DNA from: Candidatus Thorarchaeota archaeon
GTDB taxonomy: Archaea; Asgardarchaeota; Thorarchaeia; Thorarchaeales; Thorarchaeaceae
Length of the DNA: 18,299 bases
Direction: 5' to 3'
NCBI GenBank assembly: GCA_048882325.1
Contig: JBHLRS010000054.1
Location: forward strand, 1-18,299
This document shows, piece by piece, positions 1 through 8,394 of the stretch. The first letter of the stretch is position 1. Every line of letters begins with the position of its first letter. The position numbers and the translations under genes are program-made. Under the pieces are notes generated by a model. It ran no database searches. It was not told the DNA's origin and worked only from the letters and a program-made list of their open reading frames with translations.

Positions 1-510
1 GAAGCAGATCGCCCTCCATTCGTCCGTAAGAAGTACATCCACAGACAGCCAGCGAGCCGAATAGTGAGCTTTGACATGGGCAACACAGCTGGTGACTTTG
101 ATGTGGAGTTATCACTGGTTGGTCTTGAGAGGTGCCAGATTCGCCACCAAGCGCTTGAAGCAGCCCGTATTGCTTCTAACCGTCACATGACCAAGAGGGT
201 TGGCAGACAGAACTATCACCTGAGAATCCGTGTCAAACCCTACCACTATCTCCGAGAAAACAAGATGATCTCTGGAGCAGGCGCAGATCGTGTGCAGGAT
301 GGGATGCGAAAGGCTTGGGGTAAGGTGATAGGCATAGCAGCTAGAATCAGACCTGGTCAACCATTGATCACGATTCGCACGAACCCACGTCATATCAAAC
401 AAGCAATGGTCGCACTGAAGAAGGCCGCCCCAAAGATGCCTACACCCTGCAAGATTTCCTTTGACAAGATTGATCCAGAAATCAAACGCAGAATGGGTTA
501 TGGTATCTAG
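1..510 (+). CDS. rpl10e: 50S ribosomal protein L10e/uL16 (5'-truncated by window edge)
   Basis: The frame is open from base 1 (EADRPPFVRKKYIHRQPASRIVSFDMG), so the 64 start is internal. Contains L10e motifs QIRHQALEAARI, RIRVKPYHYLRENKM and GAGADRVQDGMRKAWGK. Confidence 0.96.
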   Translation, partial: EADRPPFVRKKYIHRQPASRIVSFDMGNTAGDFDVELSLVGLERCQIRHQALEAARIASNRHMTKRVGRQNYHLRIRVKPYHYLRENKMISGAGADRVQDGMRKAWGKVIGIAARIRPGQPLITIRTNPRHIKQAMVALKKAAPKMPTPCKISFDKIDPEIKRRMGYGI

Positions 511-1250
511 TCCTCGAGGGTTTTACTGTCATTTACTAGTTCACTGATTCGTCGTACCACACCAGTGAGCGTAGCGACTTCACGACCAGTCATGTAAGCC
601 CTGCCCAGAAGATTTCTGAAGACCTGTTTGGCAATCGGGACTCTGTGTTCTTTCAAGTTCAGTTGGTCCACGACCTCATCAAAGAACTTGTACACCTGTT
701 CTCTCTCTTGGAAAGTTGCGGCTCTGGCCTCAGAGGGTTCACGAGGTTCTTCTGGGGCATACTTTGAGAATAGCTGATAGAGAACTATAGACACGGCATG
801 GCTGAGGTTGAGACTGGGATACTGCTTTGACGCAGGTATCGTGAAGGCTAAGTCGCATAGTTCCATTTCATCATTGAACAAGCCTGTACTCTCTCTTCCA
901 AAGACTAGTGCAATACGACCTTCTAACGCATTTGGGTCTGGCAATTCAGCAAGTGGGACCAGGGCTCTTGTGACACTGTGATTCCTGCCAGCCCTTGCAG
1001 TTGCCGCCCATGCAAGATCAATGTCAGAGAGTGCAGAACCCAAATCGTCAAAGATTCCTGCGTTGTCCAGAATCTTATGTGCATGCACTGAGAACATCTG
1101 GGCAAACTGATCTTGGCGGCAGTCTTCTCCCACTATCCGTAAATCCTGTATCCCAAAATTGGCTAATGCTCTTGTCACAAAACCAACATTCCCAGGGTTC
1201 TCTGGACCAACAAGAACGACTACCACATTTGGAAACTCAACCAACTGCAA
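507..1250 (-). CDS. trmJ: tRNA (C32/U32-2'-O)-methyltransferase, TrmJ/LasT SPOUT family
   Basis: VVVLVGPENPGNVGFVTRALANFG, ALVFGRESTGL and YPSLNLSHAV motifs, plus the C-terminal helical TrmJ extension. TTG start. Confidence 0.9.
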   Translation of the reverse strand: MQLVEFPNVVVVLVGPENPGNVGFVTRALANFGIQDLRIVGEDCRQDQFAQMFSVHAHKILDNAGIFDDLGSALSDIDLAWAATARAGRNHSVTRALVPLAELPDPNALEGRIALVFGRESTGLFNDEMELCDLAFTIPASKQYPSLNLSHAVSIVLYQLFSKYAPEEPREPSEARAATFQEREQVYKFFDEVVDQLNLKEHRVPIAKQVFRNLLGRAYMTGREVATLTGVVRRISELVNDSKTLED

Positions 1251-1253
1251 TCC

Positions 1254-2429
1254 CTACCTGCTAGCAAGCTGTAGTACGTCTCCATCCTCAAGAGGATAGT
1301 TCAAGCCCACGGTCCTTCTCCTAATCTTATCATTCTCTCTGAGAATGACTGCAGAACGGAATCTCTCTACGAATAGCTCTTTGTGCACTTTTGCTGCAGC
1401 ATCTTCCACAACAGAGCCCTCTGGCAGCACAATTGGCTTGTCCTCTCGCTTCTTACCTGGAATCTTTGTGTAGACTCTTAGGATGTCAAGATGCTCATAG
1501 AAGGCCCAGCTCATACCATCTAGATTCTCTTCTCTCTCTGCAGAAGTTGGGATGATATCAAACCTATGGCCATAATTCTCTTCAAGTTCCTTGAATCTAG
1601 CTTCTGACCCCTCTGCATCACCCTTTGTTGCTACGACCATGGCTCTCACATACGCGACACTTGCGTCCATTGCATCAATCAGTTGTTCGAATGTTGCTGG
1701 TTTCTGAATTCGCACTATTATGTTGGTGATCTTGCGGGCCCTGAGGTACTCCTTGACCTCTTCTATGTCGCCCTGAAAGTTCTGAGCTCCGTAGATCATG
1801 TGTCCCCCAAGCCCAACCCTCTCAATCCTGACTGCTGATTTCTCTTTATTGAGTCGAATTCTCGCAGCATCCAACTCTCCAAGAATGATGTTCATCTGTT
1901 CTTCAATATCTTGGGAGAGGTCGATGACAAGCGCGATACAGTCGGTGTTTCGAGCAACAGCCAGAGACTGACGACCGATACCTGATTCATGACTACCTAC
2001 AAAGAAACCCGGAATCTCAACAAGCTGGATGTTGATGTCCTCAAGGGTCAACATTGCTGGAGTAGGGATTGGTGTCGTGAAGGGATAACTACCCACATCG
2101 AGCTCAGCATTTGTGACCGCATTGATGAGGGAAGATTTTCCACTGTTTGTGACACCAATGAGGCAGATCTGTCCAGCGCCCTCCTTTCGAATAACCCCCT
2201 CTTCAGCACCACCGCTACGACGGGCTCGTTCTTGTTCCCGTCTCTTCTCTAATTGTGCCTTCAGAGTCGCCAGTTTCTTTCTGTAGTCTCCCACCATTCT
2301 CTCCGCCCCTTTGTGTCTGGGCGCGAGTGACAGGAGTTTTTCCAGCTCTACTATCCGCTGAGCGAGGTCTTCAGTTTCCTCGTAGATGATCCGTTGTTTA
2401 TCGAATTCAGGAGTTACATTGGTAGGCAA
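1254..2429 (-). CDS. drg: DRG-subfamily OBG GTPase with C-terminal TGS domain
   Basis: G1 GVTNSGKS, G2 YPFTT, G3 EIPG, G4 TKGD, G5 SAE, TGS-like RVYTKIPG...LEDGDVL. Start re-called at TTG 2429 (MPTNVTPEF..., the typical archaeal N-terminus with PRHKGAE) instead of 2555, which would overlap the upstream gene. Confidence 0.92.
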   Translation of the reverse strand: MPTNVTPEFDKQRIIYEETEDLAQRIVELEKLLSLAPRHKGAERMVGDYRKKLATLKAQLEKRREQERARRSGGAEEGVIRKEGAGQICLIGVTNSGKSSLINAVTNAELDVGSYPFTTPIPTPAMLTLEDINIQLVEIPGFFVGSHESGIGRQSLAVARNTDCIALVIDLSQDIEEQMNIILGELDAARIRLNKEKSAVRIERVGLGGHMIYGAQNFQGDIEEVKEYLRARKITNIIVRIQKPATFEQLIDAMDASVAYVRAMVVATKGDAEGSEARFKELEENYGHRFDIIPTSAEREENLDGMSWAFYEHLDILRVYTKIPGKKREDKPIVLPEGSVVEDAAAKVHKELFVERFRSAVILRENDKIRRRTVGLNYPLEDGDVLQLASR

Positions 2430-2490
2430 AGAGTCACACTCAGCGATTGATTCCAGTGAAACCTGAAAGTCTGTTTTTATGAAGCTTTCT

Positions 2491-2940
2491 TCACAGCCGG
2501 TCAGCAGACAGATTCGTGTCCAAGATGAACCGCTCAGGATGAGTTGGTGGAACATGGACCATTTCTGAGCCCCAAGTTTCAGTCAATGTTTTGAGCGGGG
2601 CACGCAACAGTTCTATTCCATTGTCCATGGTGCTTTGTTCTCCCGGCTCTAGTGACTGTACTCTCTCACTAGCTTTCAACAGGAAGAACGAGATAGAACG
2701 CTCGTCTGGCGAAACTCTCTTCAGATTGTCGCCAGGAAACGATATCACTCTGAGGTCTTCCTCAGGTCCGATTGCGAAGGAAACAATCACATCTCGTCGA
2801 AGGTCACTTGAAAGGAAGAGTCCCACATTTACACATCTACAGGCAGTTACCACTTCGGGACTATTCTGACCTGCTTTCACTGAACTTTTGTCAATTGGGA
2901 ACTCGTTGAATCTGAGCAGAAAGCGACGCACGAGCACCAC
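2491..2940 (-). CDS. trmY: TrmY-like tRNA pseudouridine-54 N1-methyltransferase homolog, shortened/divergent
   Basis: RRFLL, CRCVNVGLFLSSDLRRDV and VSPDERSI resemble the TrmY motifs CRCVNSALFLSH.IRRDV and LNPDERS. Only 149 aa; the SAM-binding knot segment appears absent. Confidence 0.7.
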   Translation of the reverse strand: MVLVRRFLLRFNEFPIDKSSVKAGQNSPEVVTACRCVNVGLFLSSDLRRDVIVSFAIGPEEDLRVISFPGDNLKRVSPDERSISFFLLKASERVQSLEPGEQSTMDNGIELLRAPLKTLTETWGSEMVHVPPTHPERFILDTNLSADRL

Positions 2941-2943
2941 ATT

Positions 2944-4287
2944 CTACATTCCTTGTAGACCCGGAAATCCAGGAATTCCTCCCTTCCGACCCCTACGCTG
3001 CTTGCCCATCTGCTTCATCATCTTCTTCATCTGTTCATGCTGCTTCAGGAGGTCTCTGACGTCTTTCTGAGAGGTCCCAGACCCTTTCGCTATTCGTTTA
3101 ATCCTAGATGACTTGATCAGTTTCGGCTCTTCCAGCTCCGCCTTGGTCATCGAGTTCATTATGACCTCCCATCGCTTCATGTTCTCCTCCTGAATCTCAG
3201 CCATACCCTCTGGCAGCTTGTATTGGAGTCCCAACATCTCCATGACCTTGCCAATGGGACCCATCTTCTTCAGCTGCTTCATTTGGGCCATCATGTCTTT
3301 CAATGAGAACTGCCCTTTCATGATTCGCTTAGCTGCATCCTCCTCCACCTCAATCTGAGCCTCTCGAACTTTGTCAATGAGTCCTCGGATGTCGGACATA
3401 CCAAGAAGGCGGCCAGCGAACTTTGTTGGATTGAATGGTTCAATGGCATCCATTCCCTCTCCGACACCGATGAATTTGATGGGTGCCTGAGTGGCAGCAA
3501 CAGCTGAGAGCGCACCACCGCCTTTGGCGCTACCATCAAGTTTGGTCACAATGATTGATCCAATGTCTGTTGCTTTCTTAAAGGCCGCCGCCTGGACTCC
3601 AGCTTGCTGACCCAGAGTCCCATCTATTACCAGAACAATCTCCTGTGGCTTTACACTCTTTGAGATGTCACGCATTTCCTTGATTAGTCCGGTCTCTTCA
3701 CGGTGCCTACCTGAAGTGTCCAAGAGGATTAGTTCGATGCCTTTCTTCTGCATCTCTTTGACGCCTTGCTTTGCCAATTTTGTGGCGTCTTTTTCGTCCT
3801 CGTTGCCCCAGAATGGAATATTGGATTTCTCAGCAAGTTGCTTCAGCTGACTATAAGCTCCGGGTCTGAAGTTGTCTGCACAGATTACTCCTGTCTTTAT
3901 ACCTCGCTTCTGGTAGTATCTTGCAAGCTTTCCGATGGTGGTGGTCTTTCCAGAGCCTTGAATTCCCACCATCATGACAAGGTTTGGTTTTCCGGGATTA
4001 ATCGTAAGCGGGACTGTTTTCTCTCCTAGGAAGAACGCTAGGGTGTCCCAAACAACTCGTACAATGTGTTCACGACGGGATACACCTCTAGGTAAAGACT
4101 CATCCAGGGCTTGCTCTTCCACTCGTTTTGTGATTGCCATTACTAGATTTACATCAACGTCAGCTACTAGTAATGCTCGCTGGATGTCCTTTACTAGTTC
4201 TTTCACTAACTCCTCATCAACAACACTTGCGCCAAATAGCCTCTTCAGAGCTGAGTTTAGTGATTTTCCAAGACCTTCTAGAACCAA
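2944..4287 (-). CDS. srp54: Signal recognition particle protein SRP54
   Basis: GIQGSGKTTT, DTSGR and TKLDGSAKGGGALS motifs; Met-rich M domain with SRIKRIAKGSG. TTG start preceded by GGTGA. Confidence 0.98.
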   Translation of the reverse strand: MVLEGLGKSLNSALKRLFGASVVDEELVKELVKDIQRALLVADVDVNLVMAITKRVEEQALDESLPRGVSRREHIVRVVWDTLAFFLGEKTVPLTINPGKPNLVMMVGIQGSGKTTTIGKLARYYQKRGIKTGVICADNFRPGAYSQLKQLAEKSNIPFWGNEDEKDATKLAKQGVKEMQKKGIELILLDTSGRHREETGLIKEMRDISKSVKPQEIVLVIDGTLGQQAGVQAAAFKKATDIGSIIVTKLDGSAKGGGALSAVAATQAPIKFIGVGEGMDAIEPFNPTKFAGRLLGMSDIRGLIDKVREAQIEVEEDAAKRIMKGQFSLKDMMAQMKQLKKMGPIGKVMEMLGLQYKLPEGMAEIQEENMKRWEVIMNSMTKAELEEPKLIKSSRIKRIAKGSGTSQKDVRDLLKQHEQMKKMMKQMGKQRRGRKGGIPGFPGLQGM

Positions 4288-4424
4288 GACTATATCACCG
4301 TCTTCTGGGAGTGCTTTCCGCTGTCCATATCAACCTTCGCCTTTGAGTCACCTATTGAATCGCGCCTCAAGGGGCAAGGTCTAAAACCGGGAGGTTGCTA
4401 GGACTAACCTGCGTGTGATTGGAC

Positions 4425-4910
4425 ATGTCTGAGAAAGTCGGTGACGAAAAAATCAGAATCGTCAAGATACATGATGGCACAGTTATTGATCATATCAGAG
4501 CTGGAAAAGCGCTGGATGTCTTAGAAATCCTAGGAATAACTGGTAAAGATGGGAATGTTGTCACTCTGGCTATGAACATCAGTAGCTCAAAGATTCAGAA
4601 GAAAGACATAGTCAAGGTTGAACATCGCTTTCTCGAAGACCATGAAGTTGCACGAATTGCGCTCGTTGCCCCAGAGGCCACAATCAATCTCATTGAGGAC
4701 TTCAAAATCATAAAGAAGACTCGTGTAGAACTCCCCGAGGTAATTTCAGACATCTTTGAGTGTCCCAACCAGAGGTGTGTCACAAACAAGGAACGCGAAC
4801 CAATCAGCAGCAAGTATGAAGTTGTTTCAAAGACTCCTGTGCAGTTGAAATGTTTGTATTGCTGGACACTTGTTGAGGAACAAGACATAATCACTCAGTT
4901 TGCGAGGTAG
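4425..4910 (+). CDS. pyrI: Aspartate carbamoyltransferase regulatory chain
   Basis: GTVIDHI, KKDIVKVE and APEATINLI motifs; Zn ligands CPNQRC...CLYC. ATG at 4425 (alternative TTG at 4419). Confidence 0.96.
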   Translation: MSEKVGDEKIRIVKIHDGTVIDHIRAGKALDVLEILGITGKDGNVVTLAMNISSSKIQKKDIVKVEHRFLEDHEVARIALVAPEATINLIEDFKIIKKTRVELPEVISDIFECPNQRCVTNKEREPISSKYEVVSKTPVQLKCLYCWTLVEEQDIITQFAR

Positions 4911-4991
4911 TTTATGGCTTCGTAGCCATTCCAAATGCTTTTTAGTGGTGTGCTTTGCATCTGACCAAGTCCGACTGCAGTGGTAATATCT

Positions 4992-5315
4992 ATGTCAAGT
5001 GATAAAATAGCAGTGATTGGTGATAGGGATTCGGTCACCGGGTTTCGGTTGGTCGGCGTGAGTGAATGCGCTGTTCCCAAGACCCCAGAAGAAACCCGTG
5101 ACTTACTTTATCAATTCTTCAGAGATCCTACCATGGGGCTCATAATAATCACTGAACCATTGGCTGCAGAGGTAGAAGACACAATCGTCGAGCTATCGCA
5201 GTCACCCGTACCAGTTATACTGCTGGTACCAGACAGAGACGGAACCACTGGCGCCTATGAAACAGTACTAAAAGAGCTGATTCGCAGAGCTGTTGGAATC
5301 GAGATAAACATCTAA
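4992..5315 (+). CDS. atpF: A/V-type ATP synthase subunit F
   Basis: KIAVIGDRDSVTGFRLVGV N-terminus and LIRRAVGIEI C-terminus; directly upstream of subunit A. ATG at 4992 preferred over 4980. Confidence 0.95.
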   Translation: MSSDKIAVIGDRDSVTGFRLVGVSECAVPKTPEETRDLLYQFFRDPTMGLIIITEPLAAEVEDTIVELSQSPVPVILLVPDRDGTTGAYETVLKELIRRAVGIEINI

Positions 5316-5342
5316 GCTAAGATTGAACCGGAGATGTGAACT

Positions 5343-7151
5343 TTGACTGAAGTAACTGGGCGTATTGAAAGCATTGCAGGACCTGTCGTTAAATGCTCAG
5401 GAATTCCTGCTGTTCGAATGTATGAAGTTGTGAGAGTAGGAAATCAACAGCTGATTGGTGAAGTGATCGAAGTTGGAGATGAGGAGTTTACAGCGCAGGT
5501 CTATGAGGAGACCTCTGGTATTGCTCCCGGTGAACCGGTTGAATCGACTGGGGACTCTCTCTCTGTGGAACTCGGTCCGGGTCTCCTAGGATCAATCTAT
5601 GACGGTATTCAGAGACCACTCCCTGACCTGCGTGAACTGTCTGGGGACTTCATCACACGAGGACTAAGTGTTGATGGTCTCAATAAAGAAAAGAAATGGG
5701 AGTTCAAGCCCTCCGTAAAGGTTGGCGATAAGGTTGAACCTGGTGACATTATCGGCGAAGTGCCTGAAACAGGTATCATCACATCTAAGATTCTAATCCC
5801 TCAAGGTGTAAAGGGTGAGATAATCGAGATTGTCAAGAAAGGCGAATACACAGTCATTGAAACAATCTGTAAGGTCAAGGATCAATATGGTGATGCTCAT
5901 AACGTCATGATGATGCAGAGGACACCTGTGAGAGTGGGTAGATCATTCAAAGAACGAACTGGGATGGACACTCCACTGGTGACAGGACAACGTGTCATTG
6001 ATACATTCATGCCCCAAGCAAAGGGTGGTACAGGAGCTATTCCTGGTGGCTTCGGAACAGGAAAGACGGTCACCCTTCACCAATTTGCAAAGTGGGCCGA
6101 TGCTCAAGTTGTCGTTTATGTCGGCTGTGGAGAACGTGGCAATGAGATGACAGAGGCTCTAGAAGAATGGCCTCATCTGAAAGACCCAAAGACTGACCGA
6201 CCCTTGATGGAGCGTACAGTCTTGATTGCCAACACATCCAACATGCCAGTGGCGGCTCGTGAGGCTTCAATCTATGTTGCGGTTACAATTGCTGAGTACT
6301 TTCGAGACCAGGGATATGATGTGGCTTTGATGGCTGACTCAACATCTCGCTGGGCTGAGGCATTGCGTGAAATCTCAGGCAGACTTGGCCAGCTCCCATC
6401 AGAGGAAGGTTATCCCGCATACCTTGGTTCACGGCTCGCTCAATTCTATGAACGTGGTGGAAGAGTGAGGACACTTGGTTCAGATGAAAAAATGGGATCT
6501 ATCACACTCTGTGGGGCTGTTTCACCCCCGGGCGGTGACTTCTCAGAACCAGTCACACAAGCAACCTTGAGAATTGTGAAAGTATTCTGGGCTCTCGATA
6601 AGGACTTGGCAGCACGAAGATTCTTCCCAGCCATCAATACATTGACCAGTTACTCGCTGTATTTTGGTACTCTACAGAAATGGCAAAGAGAGAATATGGG
6701 TGAAGACTGGCCAGAGTTGGTCAAAGAAGCCCTAGCCCTTCTGCAGAAGGACCAAGAGCTCAGAGAGATAGTACAACTCGTGGGGCCTGATGCACTCCCA
6801 GAGTCTGAACGTGCTATTCTAGAGGCCGCGCGAATGATTAAGGAAGACTTTCTGACACAGAGTGCACTCCATGAGATTGACACATACTCACCTATTGGCA
6901 AGACATATCGGATGCTAAAGATCATCATTAACTTCGCTCATAGGATGACAGAGGCTGTACAGCTAGGGGTTCAGGTCCGAAGGATTCTAGAACTCAGTGT
7001 TTTGGATAACATTGCGAGGATGAAGATATCACCCTGGGACTCCTACGATGAAACAATGGATGCCATTGAGAAGAAGTTGGACAGCGAGTTTCAATTGCTA
7101 CTTCAAGAGCTCTCCGAGTCTGGTCTATTGTTTCAAGAGTCTGCTCAGTAG
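5343..7151 (+). CDS. atpA: A/V-type ATP synthase catalytic subunit A
   Basis: P-loop [56 protein letters not shown]. 602 aa, no intein. Confidence 0.98.
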   Translation: MTEVTGRIESIAGPVVKCSGIPAVRMYEVVRVGNQQLIGEVIEVGDEEFTAQVYEETSGIAPGEPVESTGDSLSVELGPGLLGSIYDGIQRPLPDLRELSGDFITRGLSVDGLNKEKKWEFKPSVKVGDKVEPGDIIGEVPETGIITSKILIPQGVKGEIIEIVKKGEYTVIETICKVKDQYGDAHNVMMMQRTPVRVGRSFKERTGMDTPLVTGQRVIDTFMPQAKGGTGAIPGGFGTGKTVTLHQFAKWADAQVVVYVGCGERGNEMTEALEEWPHLKDPKTDRPLMERTVLIANTSNMPVAAREASIYVAVTIAEYFRDQGYDVALMADSTSRWAEALREISGRLGQLPSEEGYPAYLGSRLAQFYERGGRVRTLGSDEKMGSITLCGAVSPPGGDFSEPVTQATLRIVKVFWALDKDLAARRFFPAINTLTSYSLYFGTLQKWQRENMGEDWPELVKEALALLQKDQELREIVQLVGPDALPESERAILEAARMIKEDFLTQSALHEIDTYSPIGKTYRMLKIIINFAHRMTEAVQLGVQVRRILELSVLDNIARMKISPWDSYDETMDAIEKKLDSEFQLLLQELSESGLLFQESAQ

Positions 7152-7183
7152 TCAGTAACTGGTACAACTGTACATGCGTTGCC

Positions 7184-7189
7184 TTTATA
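7184..7189 (+). promoter_or_regulatory. Putative TATA box for udg (probably leaderless transcript)
   Basis: TTTATA 28-33 nt upstream of the udg ATG at 7217; no clear SD sequence. Confidence 0.5.
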
Positions 7190-7216
7190 GCTGAGAGTGT
7201 GGATTAGATACTAGAA

Positions 7217-7768
7217 ATGACACATAAGAATCAGCTCGAAAAATTGCACAATACCATAAGAAACTGTAAGCTATGTCCTTTACACGCAACAAGAACGAAT
7301 GCTGTTCCTGGTGAGGGGCCTGTTACATCCCGTGTGATGTTTATCGGTGAGGCTCCCGGTGCAAGAGAGGATGAGTCTGGTCGTCCCTTTGTAGGGAGAT
7401 CTGGAGACCTCCTGAACTCAATGATTCAGGAGATTGGCCTTTCAAGGGACACAGTCTTCATCACATCAATTCTGAAATCAAGACCTCCAAAGAATCGGAC
7501 TCCTACTCAGGCTGAGATTAAGGCGTGCAGACCATATCTCGACCAGCAAATCAGGATAATCAACCCAAAGGTCATGGTTCTTCTAGGTGGGGTGGCTATT
7601 TCTTCTCTCATCGGTCCCTGGAAGGTTTCTGAAGCTCATGGCAAGTTCTTTGGAGCTGATGGGAGGATGTACTTCATGACATACCATCCCGCAGCGGCGC
7701 TTAGGTTTCCGCAGATTAAAACCGCTATGAGAGATGACTTCAGGATTCTTGCTAAAGAACTCGTTTGA
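7217..7768 (+). CDS. udg: Uracil-DNA glycosylase family 4 (variant)
   Basis: CKLC, motif A FIGEAPGAREDESGRPFVGRSG, RPPKNRTP, CRPYL, motif B TYHPAA. Confidence 0.93.
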   Translation: MTHKNQLEKLHNTIRNCKLCPLHATRTNAVPGEGPVTSRVMFIGEAPGAREDESGRPFVGRSGDLLNSMIQEIGLSRDTVFITSILKSRPPKNRTPTQAEIKACRPYLDQQIRIINPKVMVLLGGVAISSLIGPWKVSEAHGKFFGADGRMYFMTYHPAAALRFPQIKTAMRDDFRILAKELV

Positions 7769-7812
7769 GTGGTCGTTAAATTCACTCATACCAACTCTCT
7801 TTTGTGAGGCTA

Positions 7813-8319
7813 ATGGTCAATCTAGTGCTTCTACTGCTTCAGTCACCATTTGATTTACAGTTACCCGAAACTTGGTTCAGTATGGTAAGTGACATACTCA
7901 ATGTGTTCTTTATGCTGGCCATTCGTGGTTACTTGATCTTTGTCTTAGTGGGGCTGATGATATACGCCACCGGATTGAGTGATGGTCTTGCCAAGTTTCT
8001 AGTTGGTCTGGGAATTGTTCTTTACTTTGTAGGTCCATTCATTGTCAATCTATTTGGACAGTTCAGTGGAGTTGAACCTATTACATTCGAGAGTGCAACC
8101 ACCGCGTGGCTTCACTTTGTGGGTATGAGTGATACCGAGATACTCTCGTTTGTAATCTGGCTGGGTGATGCAGTGGCCGCTATCTGTTTACTGGTAGGAG
8201 CCATCTTGTACTTCACACCAAATGCAAATGATCTGACCGGAAAAGGAAAGTCTCTGATGGTCAGGGCATTGATGCTAGCACCGGTGCTTGCTTTCTTTCA
8301 TGTTACTGTCTGGTTGTAG
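7813..8319 (+). CDS. Hypothetical integral membrane protein with two similar hydrophobic hairpins (VirB2/TrbC pilin-like appearance)
   Basis: About 4-5 hydrophobic segments; internal similarity between VLVGLMIYATG..AKFLV and LLVGAILYFTP..GKSLM. Start ATG 7813 or GTG 7804. The confidence refers to this being a real membrane CDS, not to the family. Confidence 0.75.
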   Translation: MVNLVLLLLQSPFDLQLPETWFSMVSDILNVFFMLAIRGYLIFVLVGLMIYATGLSDGLAKFLVGLGIVLYFVGPFIVNLFGQFSGVEPITFESATTAWLHFVGMSDTEILSFVIWLGDAVAAICLLVGAILYFTPNANDLTGKGKSLMVRALMLAPVLAFFHVTVWL

Positions 8320-8394
8320 ATGCTTCGTAACTCTTAAAACTCGGCTACATTACCGACATCGAAGCCCAGACAGCAACATTAGGCGGTTTATACA

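Noticed and set aside
2491-2493. Selenocysteine readthrough of the trmY TGA
   Set aside because: The readthrough peptide (RKLHKNRLSGFTGINR) is not TrmY-like and no SECIS-like element is evident.
2430-2555. 42-aa N-terminal extension of the DRG ORF, or a frameshifted TrmY C-terminus in that frame
   Set aside because: The conserved DRG N-terminus begins at TTG 2429. The extension overlaps trmY and lacks LGDH/SLGP motifs, and trmY's own frame already contains the terminal-helix-like segment.
5343-7151. Intein in atpA, a common insertion site
   Set aside because: The length is normal and the sequence after GKT is continuous, with no intein motifs.
7813-8319. Membrane ORF as ATP synthase proteolipid subunit K/c
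   Set aside because: It lacks the Gly/Ala-rich helix and the conserved mid-membrane Glu motif of c/K subunits.
7152-8394. Mobile element explaining the atpA/atpB interruption
   Set aside because: No transposase or integrase, and no terminal inverted repeats or target-site duplication seen.
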